A stretch of 64,000 bases of DNA, from IMG/VR virus record IMGVR_UViG_3300032294_002797, positions 124,001 to 188,000 of that record; one strand, given 5' to 3'. The notes below the pieces were generated by a model. The model did not search any database. It saw only the letters and a program-made list of their open reading frames with translations, and was not told the DNA's origin. The translations under genes and the position numbers were made by a program. This document shows positions 10,016 through 19,699 of this stretch, one piece after another (positions within the stretch are counted from its first letter, which is position 1; each line of letters begins with the position of its first letter).

Positions 10016-10417
10016 CTATTGATTACTCTCGGTAATTTTCTTTGCGCACTGGCCTATATCTTTTTCAAAAACAGACAAGAATTGATCTAATAAAGGTCTA
10101 TAGTCTGTATCAGGAGGCACTGGTATATGATACAAGTTTTCAAAGCATACGTCTATGTCTTTTAATCTTCCATTATCGTCTATTGTGGAAATCTCAGCCA
10201 GTGTTCTAATTAATATTTCCCTCTGATAATCTGTTATATGTCTGCTGGGTTCTGCCACATTATAGGGTTCGGATGAGTTATTCTTATTAATATCTGTATT
10301 TAATTTGTCTATATTGTCTTCATATATTTTACTTATATGATCTTGATATTTAGTTTGAATCTTATCCAAAAATTTTTGTTCTTCATCATCGAGAATACTC
10401 TTGATGTCAATATGCAT
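10016..10417 (-). CDS. Hypothetical phage protein
   Basis: 133 aa acidic ORF in an operon-like run. Confidence 0.55.
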   Translation of the reverse strand: MHIDIKSILDDEEQKFLDKIQTKYQDHISKIYEDNIDKLNTDINKNNSSEPYNVAEPSRHITDYQREILIRTLAEISTIDDNGRLKDIDVCFENLYHIPVPPDTDYRPLLDQFLSVFEKDIGQCAKKITESNQ

Positions 10418-10431
10418 AGTTCGTTATATCC

Positions 10432-10758
10432 TTATGGCTGCTTAAAAATATATGGCTTATCGGTAGAAACAGGAGTATGCTTTTTCTTATGCTCATCACT
10501 AATTTGAGATGCTTCTTTGGTCATAATAGCTACTTTTTGTCTTTTTGCTGTGCTCTCAGTAATCATCATTTGTTTCATGTGAGAATTGACAGGACCATGA
10601 GATTCCTTTTTTATATTAGACTCAGTATGCTCTTGTATAAGATTAACCACCTGCTCTAATGGTAATTTTGTTTCTTTACTTATGTTCTCAGCAGACAAGG
10701 ATTGAAAATTAAGCCACATCACGGCATATTTTTGAATATTATTTAATTTTTTAGACAT
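10432..10758 (-). CDS. Hypothetical protein, possible N-terminal HTH
   Basis: SAENISKETKLPLEQVVNLI resembles a helix-turn-helix. Confidence 0.5.
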   Translation of the reverse strand: MSKKLNNIQKYAVMWLNFQSLSAENISKETKLPLEQVVNLIQEHTESNIKKESHGPVNSHMKQMMITESTAKRQKVAIMTKEASQISDEHKKKHTPVSTDKPYIFKQP

Positions 10759-10759
10759 A

Positions 10760-11146
10760 TTAGAAGTCCTCTCTTTCGGAATTATTTAGCAAAGCCATGT
10801 TTTTACTGGCTAAAAATTTGACATAAAGCATAAAAGATTTTTCATTTACTTCTTTGAATTTTTTATCAGACCTACATACGCTTTCTAAGAAAGTCGTGAC
10901 ATTCTCTGAATCATAGATAGAAAAAGGATTAAAAAACTTGGACGCTCTATCTATTTTAATCATATATTTAGCTGTGCCATTATTTCTGACAATTTTTTTT
11001 GCACATACATAGTCGTTGTCTTCATAGCTTTTGGTTAGAGAATTTTCCGTATAGTCTTCGTGTCCAGCTGGTACATAAAATTCTGCTTGTTCTTCGTGAG
11101 AGTTTGTATTTTGAGTAAAAATATTGCTTGGATTAAAAATTGACAT
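10760..11146 (-). CDS. Hypothetical phage protein
   Basis: 128 aa ORF tightly coupled to neighbours. Confidence 0.6.
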   Translation of the reverse strand: MSIFNPSNIFTQNTNSHEEQAEFYVPAGHEDYTENSLTKSYEDNDYVCAKKIVRNNGTAKYMIKIDRASKFFNPFSIYDSENVTTFLESVCRSDKKFKEVNEKSFMLYVKFLASKNMALLNNSEREDF

Positions 11147-11150
11147 ACAA

Positions 11151-11498
11151 TTATCTCCATCTGGGTTTATATTGCGGTTTTTTCATACGAGACATACCTT
11201 TAGGCAGTTCTTTTGTAGATTCTTCTGCCTTGTAAGAATTGTGTTTTTGGTGCAATGCTTGTTTTTGATCTTCTGATAGCTTATCTCTATTTCTATTTGC
11301 TAGATCTCCCAAAGTACTAAGTTCCGAATCATTCTTCTTTATCGAAGCATTTATAGTTGAAACATCATCAATATAATTACGACAAGTTTTGGAAGTATTA
11401 CATTGTGGACATCTCGGACTACTATCATAGTCTCTAATAGAGAAAAAAAGCTCAAAATGATTATTGCATTTTGTACATATATATGAATATGTTGGCAT
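11151..11498 (-). CDS. FmdB-family zinc-ribbon protein
   Basis: MPTYSYICTKC...F......CPQC. Confidence 0.85.
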   Translation of the reverse strand: MPTYSYICTKCNNHFELFFSIRDYDSSPRCPQCNTSKTCRNYIDDVSTINASIKKNDSELSTLGDLANRNRDKLSEDQKQALHQKHNSYKAEESTKELPKGMSRMKKPQYKPRWR

Positions 11499-11501
11499 AA
11501 G

Positions 11502-12062
11502 TTATCCGAGATATACTAACCAATCCTTAGGAACGCTGTTGTTTATATTAATCACTTGTCGGTGCAGAGGCAAGTACTTAGATGATCTTCTAGGAATATG
11601 TGGCTGATTCATTAATTTCATGCGGGCTTGCGACGGAGTTTTATTTCCCTTTATAGCATTACATTTTCTACAAGATGTGACTATGTTGGTCCAGCACGTG
11701 GGCGTAGTTTGATTCAACCATTGTGATTTAGGTATAACATGATCATATGTTAATTCATTCAGATATAGTTTACGAGCACAGTATTGGCACGTATAGTTAT
11801 CTCTAATAAATAAATTATTTCTAGAGAAATTAACTTTTTGATTTAATTTAAAATATTTTATTGTTTTAATCACAGAAGGAATTAATATTTTTTTATTATT
11901 AATGCCTTGAATAAAATCATTCTCATAAAAATTTAAAACTTCTATATTTTTAGAAATACTATTATCTTTAAATGTTAAAGTAATAGCTTTCTTCCAATCT
12001 ATAATACCCAATGGAGAATAGTCCCCGTTGAGCACTAAGCATCTAGTGTGTTCTGCTTTCAT
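11502..12062 (-). CDS. HNH endonuclease (McrA-like)
   Basis: RDNYTCQYC, TYDHVIPKS, NIVTSCRKCNAIKG. Confidence 0.9.
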   Translation of the reverse strand: MKAEHTRCLVLNGDYSPLGIIDWKKAITLTFKDNSISKNIEVLNFYENDFIQGINNKKILIPSVIKTIKYFKLNQKVNFSRNNLFIRDNYTCQYCARKLYLNELTYDHVIPKSQWLNQTTPTCWTNIVTSCRKCNAIKGNKTPSQARMKLMNQPHIPRRSSKYLPLHRQVININNSVPKDWLVYLG

Positions 12063-12762
12063 TTTCGTAAGAATCTAATCTATTTATAATTTTGCCTATA
12101 ATTGGATTTCTAACAATATCGCTATTATTCAGTACAGCCAAGCCTATGCCTTCAACTCCATGAAGAGCATCAATCATATTATAAAATCCTCCCTGCATAT
12201 GTCTATGTAGATCAGATTGACTAGTATCTCCAGTTAAAATCATTTTACTATGATTACCTATTCTAGTTAATAGCATTTTTAATTGATCGTATGAAGCGTT
12301 TTGACATTCGTCCGCGACTATAAAAGCATTATGGAAATTACGACCTCTCATTAAGCCTAATGGTACAATTTCAACTCTATTATTAGTCTTCAATGATGTA
12401 TACTCAGCCATAGAGATAAAATGATTAATTTCATCTAATAATGGTAATAAGTAAGGGTGTAATTTTTCTTCTGCTGTTCCTGGTAAATATCCAATTTTTT
12501 CACCCGACTCTACTACTGGTCTAGTGATAATAATTTTCTTAACTTTATTATCCAATAAGTATTCTAGTGCCATGCCTATAGCTATATGACTCTTCCCTGA
12601 TCCTGCAACACCTTGACAAAATGTTATGGTGTTTTCGGCTACTGTTCTGATATACTCTTTTTGATTTTCACTCCTGGGTTTTAATTGATTTCTGTATAAT
12701 TGAGGAACTTGTAATTCTTTTGTAGCATCTATAACCTTCTTCTTCTTATTATTTTTTCTCAA
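12043..12762 (-). CDS. phoH: PhoH-like ATPase
   Basis: GVAGSGKS, ITRPVVE, LGLMRGRNF, ADECQN, TGDTSQSDL. Confidence 0.95.
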   Translation of the reverse strand: MRKNNKKKKVIDATKELQVPQLYRNQLKPRSENQKEYIRTVAENTITFCQGVAGSGKSHIAIGMALEYLLDNKVKKIIITRPVVESGEKIGYLPGTAEEKLHPYLLPLLDEINHFISMAEYTSLKTNNRVEIVPLGLMRGRNFHNAFIVADECQNASYDQLKMLLTRIGNHSKMILTGDTSQSDLHRHMQGGFYNMIDALHGVEGIGLAVLNNSDIVRNPIIGKIINRLDSYENESRTH

Positions 12763-12808
12763 TTGTTACCCTTTACCTATAGAGTTATGTATACCAATTT
12801 TACATTGA

Positions 12809-12818
12809 TATATACACC
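12809..12818 (-). promoter_or_regulatory. Putative phage promoter motif GGTGTATATA
   Basis: Intergenic, about 46 nt upstream of phoH; the same motif recurs in other intergenic gaps. Confidence 0.55.
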
Positions 12819-12823
12819 ATACT

Positions 12824-13189
12824 CTATATAACATAGGGTTTCAGATTTGGAGATTCCCAATTATCTGGCTTTAAAACTTTTCCATCTGCTCGTTTTTTAA
12901 CCTTACCAGTTTCTGAATCAATTTTTGCAAAGTTTGTTCTCATAACCTCATCCCATGCGGCTTCTCCATCAGCTCCCATACTATTAATAGCACCTGCGGT
13001 AACAACCAAAATATCTATAAGAGCATCTAGAATTTCTATTCTATCATTATTGTCAAAAGCTTCTTGGAGTTCTTGAGCTTCTTCCTTAATTAGATTATGA
13101 TACATATTTAATTGAGATTCATTCCATTCACAAACTGTTTGATCACAAGCAACCATAAATTTTGTCTGATCTTGAAAAACATTTCCCAT
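12824..13189 (-). CDS. MazG-like / phosphoribosyl-ATP pyrophosphohydrolase-like nucleotide pyrophosphatase
   Basis: LIKEEAQELQEA...EILDALIDILVV; SNF-like TNFAK...GKVLKP tail. Confidence 0.8.
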   Translation of the reverse strand: MGNVFQDQTKFMVACDQTVCEWNESQLNMYHNLIKEEAQELQEAFDNNDRIEILDALIDILVVTAGAINSMGADGEAAWDEVMRTNFAKIDSETGKVKKRADGKVLKPDNWESPNLKPYVI

Positions 13190-13205
13190 ATATTATATTT
13201 CCTTA

Positions 13206-14858
13206 TTAAGATTCACAACTACTACATGTTAAAATACTACGAGCCAACTCTTGAGCGGGGTTTGAGCTTCTTTGGTAATAAAAAGTCTTTATGCCATTTT
13301 CCCAGCCATATATCAATAAGTCACTCACGTCTTTAGCTGCACAATTAGGAGGTATCATAAGATTCAAAGACACCGCTTGGTCGATATATTTTTGTCGCTG
13401 GATATTCTGAATGACAATTTCTTTTTGACTTATTTCTCCAAATGTTTTGAAAATATCCTTTTCTTCCTGTGTTAGACATTCCAAATGCTGTACACTTCCT
13501 CCACGAACCAAGATATCTTTCCATACCTGTTCAGTATCATGATTTTTATCTTTCAGTATCTTTTTTAGATAAGGGTTTTTATATGTGAAACTGCCTTTAG
13601 CTAATTTCTTAACAAAATAATTACTATTCAGAGGCTCTATGCTAGGACTAACCTGGCCAAGTATAAATGAGCTACTAGTGGTTGGTGCTACTGCAAGCGT
13701 TGTAACATTACGACGATTATATCCTTTTAATAATTCTGGTTCTCCAAACAGTTTAGCTAATTCTATAGAAGCCTTATCTGCTCGTGATCTTATTGTTTTC
13801 CATATCTCTACATTTAAACTTTTAGCCATCATAGATTCAAAAGATATCATTTTAGATTGTAGCAAAGAATGCCAGCCTAATACTCCCATTCCTAATGCTC
13901 GTTGATTCTTGGCAAAGTTATGAGCCGCCGACATAAATTTACTATTACTAGTTTTACGAATAAATTCTTCATTAACAGTGTCTAGGAAATAAATTAATAT
14001 TTCTATAGCATCTGTTTCCTTGATCTCGTTCCAATGTAATAAATTTAAAGAGGATAATACACAAACAAAACTATTATCCTTATCAGAGTAAAGTTCTATT
14101 TCACTACATAAATTACTACTTCTTATTTTTAATCGTTTGTCTTTATATGCTTGAGGGGCGTTATTATTCACATTGTCACTAAACATCAAATACGGATAAC
14201 CAGTCTGAAATCTTTTTTGAATAATTTTTGCCCAAATTTTTCTTTTATCTTTATCTCCAGACACCATATCTTTCATCCAATCGTCAGATATAGTAATTCC
14301 TATACTCATATTTTGAATAGGATGTCCTTCTGATCTTATTTGTAAGAATTCTTCTATGTCTGGATGTTCTACTGGTAAATAAGCAGCAAATGATCCTCGT
14401 CTAGCCGATCCCTGAGAAACTACTTCTGCAACCTTATCAAATAACTCCATAAAGTGGACAGGGCCGCTACTTTCTCCACCAACACTTATTTTTGCACCAC
14501 GGGGTCTAAGGTCACCAAAGTAACCGCTAGTACCACCCCCTAGCTTGCTCATCATTCCGACCTCAGCGACTTTATTTAAAATATCGTCCATTGTATCAGG
14601 AATATAAGAATTAAAGCAGGACACCGGCAAACCTCTATCGTTACCAAAGTTTGTCCAGACAGGCGTGGCTAAGGAATAGAATCCTCTAGCCATATAGTCC
14701 TCAAACTTGTCTGCAAAACCATCTATATTTAGAATAGCCTGAGCGGTTTCTGCTATTTGGCGTATTCTAACTTCTGGAGTTATGCCTTCTTTTAGGTATC
14801 CTCTCTCTAAAAATATGCGACTATGAGAATTTAGCCAATAATACTTTTTACTTGTCAT
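13206..14858 (-). CDS. nrdA: Ribonucleotide reductase class I alpha subunit (short, no ATP cone)
   Basis: PVSCF, SNLCSEI (thiyl Cys), APTTSSS, TFYY, C-terminal CSSC. Confidence 0.95.
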   Translation of the reverse strand: MTSKKYYWLNSHSRIFLERGYLKEGITPEVRIRQIAETAQAILNIDGFADKFEDYMARGFYSLATPVWTNFGNDRGLPVSCFNSYIPDTMDDILNKVAEVGMMSKLGGGTSGYFGDLRPRGAKISVGGESSGPVHFMELFDKVAEVVSQGSARRGSFAAYLPVEHPDIEEFLQIRSEGHPIQNMSIGITISDDWMKDMVSGDKDKRKIWAKIIQKRFQTGYPYLMFSDNVNNNAPQAYKDKRLKIRSSNLCSEIELYSDKDNSFVCVLSSLNLLHWNEIKETDAIEILIYFLDTVNEEFIRKTSNSKFMSAAHNFAKNQRALGMGVLGWHSLLQSKMISFESMMAKSLNVEIWKTIRSRADKASIELAKLFGEPELLKGYNRRNVTTLAVAPTTSSSFILGQVSPSIEPLNSNYFVKKLAKGSFTYKNPYLKKILKDKNHDTEQVWKDILVRGGSVQHLECLTQEEKDIFKTFGEISQKEIVIQNIQRQKYIDQAVSLNLMIPPNCAAKDVSDLLIYGWENGIKTFYYQRSSNPAQELARSILTCSSCES

Positions 14859-14899
14859 GCTTTCCCTTTTACTTGTCTGATATGTTTCTAATAATAGTA

Positions 14900-15874
14900 T
14901 CAGCTAAACAGATCGTCCACATCAAAACTTTGTGAACATTTAGCATATTCAACAGGACGACTATGAAAGAAGTCGGTCATATTGTTTCCTAATACTTGCT
15001 CATCAAACCAAGACGTCTTGGAAATAATATCTTGGTCGGTGTCAAATATGCCGTTATAGCCTATCTTTATTAAAGATTCGTTCATTCTATTCTTAATAAA
15101 TTCTTTTAATAGTGGAGAACTTAATTTTTCATGATCATAACCATTTACAATCCATTCTATAATCTGACATTCATACTTGACAGCATCTCGGGCTTCGTGT
15201 TCTATTTTGGCTTGTAGTTCATCATCAAATAATTCTGGATACTCTTGTTTGATAGTATTAATGATTTTGATACCGATCATAGCGTGTAAGTTTTCTTCGC
15301 GTGATGTATATTCTACTTGTTTATTTGTATCTTTAAGAACATTTTTATACCGACCAAAAAAGCTAATAGTATAAAACTGAGAAAATAAAGCTATATTTTC
15401 TACAAATAATGTAAAGAGTATCAATGAATAAACAAACTGCTTCTTGTTGTTGTCATGAAATTTATGTAAGTGTTTTCTAAGATAGTTTACACGGCCCTTT
15501 ATAATATCAAGTTCTAATATATTATCAAAAGCATCGTCTATACCAAGCACTTCCAGAAGTCTTTCATAAGCATCACCATGAACAACTTCAACATTAGCCA
15601 TTACATATCCCATATCATTAAGACTTGGATGAGGAAGATTATCACCAAGTTTGGCCCAAAACTTTTTGACACTAATCTCTAGTTGACCGATAGTAGAAAG
15701 GGCTCTAGTAACGATTTGTTGTTCTTGTTCTGAAAGATTAACACGAAAATCTTGAATATCGCTACTAAAATTAAATTCTCTGTGCGTCCAAAAGCCATTA
15801 TGCATAGCCTCTATGAACTCTTGGGTCCAAGGATAATTGTCTGGCTTGCGACTAATTTGTTCATCAAATATCAT
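14900..15874 (-). CDS. nrdB: Ribonucleotide reductase class I beta subunit (class Id-like signature)
   Basis: QLEISVKKFW, EVVHGDAY, FVENIALF, REENLH, DFFHSRPVEY. Confidence 0.93.
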   Translation of the reverse strand: MIFDEQISRKPDNYPWTQEFIEAMHNGFWTHREFNFSSDIQDFRVNLSEQEQQIVTRALSTIGQLEISVKKFWAKLGDNLPHPSLNDMGYVMANVEVVHGDAYERLLEVLGIDDAFDNILELDIIKGRVNYLRKHLHKFHDNNKKQFVYSLILFTLFVENIALFSQFYTISFFGRYKNVLKDTNKQVEYTSREENLHAMIGIKIINTIKQEYPELFDDELQAKIEHEARDAVKYECQIIEWIVNGYDHEKLSSPLLKEFIKNRMNESLIKIGYNGIFDTDQDIISKTSWFDEQVLGNNMTDFFHSRPVEYAKCSQSFDVDDLFS

Positions 15875-16020
15875 GTTTTATCTCCATTTTTCATTAGTAG
15901 TGTTAGCAAGCCGAATATAACCAAATTCGCAAACTCTCTACCGACAGGGTTAAAATTGTTAGTCATGTACAACTGATAATAGTAACCAATAGCGAATATA
16001 TAAAACAGCGTGTGCATCAT
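15871..16020 (-). CDS. Small 49-aa membrane protein absent from the ORF track
   Basis: MMHTLFYIFAIGYYYQLYMTNNFNPVGREFANLVIFGLLTLLMKNGDKT; ATGA overlaps at both ends exactly fill the gap between the deaminase and nrdB. Confidence 0.65.
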   Translation of the reverse strand: MMHTLFYIFAIGYYYQLYMTNNFNPVGREFANLVIFGLLTLLMKNGDKT

Positions 16021-16517
16021 ATTACACCAGCTAATTGTCTCAGCCACGAAAGATCCGGATCTATTTTAAATATTTTTATACCGCTCATTTCCACAAAAGT
16101 ATCGAATCTTTTTTGAGCCTCCTGGTCAAATAAATGTGTACCATGATCATCTATCATATAAATAGTGGAAATCCCCTCTTGCCACAAAGCTATTGTGCAA
16201 TCATTGCAGCATTGACCGGTAACATATGCTATTCCATTGTCTGGTCTGACAATACAATTAGATAAAGCATTTCTTTCGCTATGTACCATCCAATAATATT
16301 TTTCCGGTCTAGAGGTTGGCAATTCACTATCTTTTAATCCTTTCGGAAAACCATTATATCCTACTCCAAGAATCCTGTGACTTTGATCAGTAATTATACA
16401 ACCATGCTTGGTATGAATATCATGACTTCGTTCTGCCACGACTTTGGCTAATCCTAAAAAATAATCTGTCCAGGTTGGTCTCATGTCATATGATACAGAG
16501 AGGTCCTCTATCCTCAA
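16017..16517 (-). CDS. dCMP deaminase (true start probably MRPTW near 16487)
   Basis: WTDYFL, GVGYNGFP, HSERNA, CCNDC zinc ligands. Confidence 0.9.
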   Translation of the reverse strand: MRIEDLSVSYDMRPTWTDYFLGLAKVVAERSHDIHTKHGCIITDQSHRILGVGYNGFPKGLKDSELPTSRPEKYYWMVHSERNALSNCIVRPDNGIAYVTGQCCNDCTIALWQEGISTIYMIDDHGTHLFDQEAQKRFDTFVEMSGIKIFKIDPDLSWLRQLAGVI

Positions 16518-16542
16518 GGAGGCTTTTTACTTTGAAAACCCA

Positions 16543-17721
16543 CTAAAGGACATTTAATGCTTTGCAGAGCCACTCTATTTGTTCTTCTTTTAGAGCTGGA
16601 TATAACCCCACATAGAAACCATTAGTGTGTAAAAACTGTGAATTCGAATACTCTCTATCTATGTTATGTGTTTGATTAAATATGTTTTTATAACATGTTT
16701 GCTTACCTAAAAATCCAGATATGATAGGTCTATACTCTATGCCAGAATCGTTGCAAAATTTCATGGCTTTTTTAGTAATCTCAAGATCCTGTGAAACGAT
16801 AGGTAAACAGAACGGAACGTCTGTACACAGTAATCTTGGATCTGGCAAATAAAATTTATTCTTATCCAATAAAGTTTTGTATAATGCATATAGTTCTATA
16901 CGTCTTTTTTGATAATATGTGGCTCTATCCAGATCTAACATTCCTATAAAAGCATTAAGATCACTATTTCTATAGTTAGAACCAAAACAATAAAAATCAA
17001 AAGATTCATCTACATCATCATTTATAAATTGGTCTTTATTTATACCATATGAGTCTAGGCTTCTGGTCATTCCATGATTGCGCAACATCAAAAAATACTC
17101 GTATTCTTTTAGACTAGAAGTGAACACAAAGCCCCCTTCGATGGATTGTATTTGATGTCCAAAATAGGTGGATGTAGTAGATGTAAAATATGACGAAATG
17201 TTCCTATTATCAAATAGTCCTAAAGTATTTTCACAGTTATCCATCATTACGGGGATTCCGTATTGTTTATGAATATTTTGATAAAAGGTAATATTAGGAA
17301 CAAAACCTATAAGAGATGTGGGAAAGATAGCAGCTATACTATCGCTATATTTGTCTAGTAGACTCATCAGCATATCTTCATTGATGCAAAAATCTTTGAG
17401 TTGAATATCCACAAAAAGAGGCTCATACCCTTCTCTTATCCATGGAGAGCAAGAGGTTTGCCATGTGGTAGATGGAAGCACAATAAATTTTTTATCTGTT
17501 TCGTGCCGATCTTTGAAGTATTGTACCAGTAGAGTATTGGCTGCCGAGCCGCTTGATACAAATAAAGCGTATTTAATTCCAATAAATTTTGACATTTTGT
17601 CTTCAATATCTTGAACTTTGACAGATTGTGTCCATCTATTTTTTTGATCAAGTATAAAATTAGCAATTTGCTCTCTGTCGGATAATGTAAAATTATTTGT
17701 ATTTAATGGCCAACTAATCAT
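16543..17721 (-). CDS. PLP-dependent DegT-family enzyme, ColD-like NDP-4-keto-6-deoxysugar 3-dehydratase
   Basis: FVSSGSAAN, MDNCE, STYFGHQIQSIEGG (His at the usual Lys position), LRNHGMTR, YRPIISG. Confidence 0.8.
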   Translation of the reverse strand: MISWPLNTNNFTLSDREQIANFILDQKNRWTQSVKVQDIEDKMSKFIGIKYALFVSSGSAANTLLVQYFKDRHETDKKFIVLPSTTWQTSCSPWIREGYEPLFVDIQLKDFCINEDMLMSLLDKYSDSIAAIFPTSLIGFVPNITFYQNIHKQYGIPVMMDNCENTLGLFDNRNISSYFTSTTSTYFGHQIQSIEGGFVFTSSLKEYEYFLMLRNHGMTRSLDSYGINKDQFINDDVDESFDFYCFGSNYRNSDLNAFIGMLDLDRATYYQKRRIELYALYKTLLDKNKFYLPDPRLLCTDVPFCLPIVSQDLEITKKAMKFCNDSGIEYRPIISGFLGKQTCYKNIFNQTHNIDREYSNSQFLHTNGFYVGLYPALKEEQIEWLCKALNVL

Positions 17722-18740
17722 TATCTCAGCTCCTGTAATACTTTTATAAGATTATCGCATGTATTATCCCAGCTAAAATTCTCTCTTATATATTGATGAA
17801 TAGTATCTGGTTTAAATGTTTTATAGTTTGTTAATATAGCTTCTATTTGTTTCGCTATACTAACCTCATCTAGTTCAAATATATATGGTTGATATTTATA
17901 ATGAGTCATGGGTATATAATTATCTATACCTATTGTCTGCATTCTATCAACCATAGCTTGGGTAAAAGGCACCTCTTTTCCTTGAATCAGATATCCAACT
18001 TTCTCCGAAACAATTTCTGGCGGAGCTGAATAGTTAGTAACAATATTGGGTATTCCACAAGACAAAGTTTGTGTTATAGTCATCCCAAAACCCGTACATA
18101 AAATAGGATATATATGAGCATGACACCTATTATAAAGAATTCTCAGTTCTTCATCTGTTGCATCTGATGTGTCATAAATAATATCACTATTATATTGTTT
18201 ATTAATATTTTCTATAAAAGGAGCCAATTTAGAATTTGGTCTATCTTTAATATATAATCGGATATTCTTATTTTGAAAATATTTTCCAAACACTGGAATA
18301 AGAGTATCTAAACCAGATCTACTGTTGGATGTTGTGTGGCACAAAATAGTGAATTTATCGAACTTATTTATATTGTCTAAAGGTTTCCAAAAATCAACAT
18401 CGCAGCCCAATAGAACTGAAGAAGTATTGTTATATCCAGATCTGTTCCAGCAGTCCTCTACCCATTTTGCTGTTCCGATCATCATATCTTTTCCGATCCA
18501 CTGTACAAGATAATCGGGTACTGTAGAAACTTCCCATGCACAATAGTAAAAATTCTTTTTAGTTTTATCAGGATGTTTGTGAGCAACATTAGTAGAAGAA
18601 CATACTCCATAATGAGTCAGTTCATTATCTGTTGAAGCCAATAAGCCTCGTCGTTCCAAGGCCATATTGATATTATCTGATACTATTCTATAAGACCCCT
18701 TGGACCCCGGGGCTTCTGGCGTATCTATATAGATTTTCAT
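17721..18740 (-). CDS. Glycosyltransferase family 4-like (GT-B)
   Basis: CTGFGMTITQTLSCGIPNIVTNYSAPPE, FSWDNT. Confidence 0.85.
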   Translation of the reverse strand: MKIYIDTPEAPGSKGSYRIVSDNINMALERRGLLASTDNELTHYGVCSSTNVAHKHPDKTKKNFYYCAWEVSTVPDYLVQWIGKDMMIGTAKWVEDCWNRSGYNNTSSVLLGCDVDFWKPLDNINKFDKFTILCHTTSNSRSGLDTLIPVFGKYFQNKNIRLYIKDRPNSKLAPFIENINKQYNSDIIYDTSDATDEELRILYNRCHAHIYPILCTGFGMTITQTLSCGIPNIVTNYSAPPEIVSEKVGYLIQGKEVPFTQAMVDRMQTIGIDNYIPMTHYKYQPYIFELDEVSIAKQIEAILTNYKTFKPDTIHQYIRENFSWDNTCDNLIKVLQELR

Positions 18741-19699
18741 TGGATATTTCTTTTTACTAAGATATTATCTATAATATCCAAAGGAGCACCGGGAATCAAG
18801 TTTGTGTTGTATTTAGAACATACTTCAATCAGTTGTTGCACATTTGAAATTGGATAATGTAATGGCATTACGCTCCATATAAAAGGATTCCATCTTATAT
18901 ACTGATGAACCGGTAGATTTCCGTACTCTGTGATTTGAGACAAGAAATTAATAGTGGGAGTATTAACCGAATATCCTAAAAATTTCAAGCCACTATCTAA
19001 TGTTAAAAATAGTTCTGAATTTTGTATAATTTTGGCCACATTGGTTATATTATTCACCACTACGGCTGCATACTGAGCACATGAATCATAAAAGTGTTTA
19101 TTGGCATCCGTAGCTAATATTACTAGTGAATATTTTTGTGCTAATTGTTTGATTAGATTTTGTACATACTCTGTATCAAGCCTATTGGCTGCGTTAGAGT
19201 CCGAATATAAGTTGATAGCTATTTGATTTTTTATTACTTTTTTTGGCCCCAAATTTATTTCAATAGGTAAGAATCGATAAAAATATTTATTCCAATTAAA
19301 ATCATAATTCATCCATTTCAGACCATCTATATGTAGATCATACAATGTGTCATAATCATTTAACATTTTGTATCTATATTCATCTGGAATATTATCAAAA
19401 GATGCTATATATTTTTCTGTGCCAAATTGATGAGTAATAATATAGTTTTTATTTTTTTTTGTAGGTATTACTTCTATGTTTTCAAAAAGCGTGGGCCACA
19501 AAGTTTCTATCAAATTTTTTGCAGCATAGTTATTCTCTGTGTCAGAAAATCCATAAAATTCACAATCAGCATATAACTCTTTAATAGCGGGTAAAAATCT
19601 TATAGCGCATAGGTGATCTCCTATGCCTCCTTCTAATCTTAATGCTATTTTTTTTATCATTATATTATTTACCACACAGTAAAGAAAGTACTGCTTCAC
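18737..19699 (-). CDS. GT9-like (heptosyltransferase-type) glycosyltransferase
   Basis: RLEGGIGDHL N-terminal motif; ELFLTLDSGLKFLGYSVNTPTI C-terminal motif. Confidence 0.75.
   Translation of the reverse strand: MKQYFLYCVVNNIMIKKIALRLEGGIGDHLCAIRFLPAIKELYADCEFYGFSDTENNYAAKNLIETLWPTLFENIEVIPTKKNKNYIITHQFGTEKYIASFDNIPDEYRYKMLNDYDTLYDLHIDGLKWMNYDFNWNKYFYRFLPIEINLGPKKVIKNQIAINLYSDSNAANRLDTEYVQNLIKQLAQKYSLVILATDANKHFYDSCAQYAAVVVNNITNVAKIIQNSELFLTLDSGLKFLGYSVNTPTINFLSQITEYGNLPVHQYIRWNPFIWSVMPLHYPISNVQQLIEVCSKYNTNLIPGAPLDIIDNILVKRNIQ

Noticed and set aside
11502-12062. HNH genes (also 63010..63321) as mobile homing elements
   Set aside because: They are free-standing, interrupt no gene and show no intron features, so they are listed as ordinary CDS.
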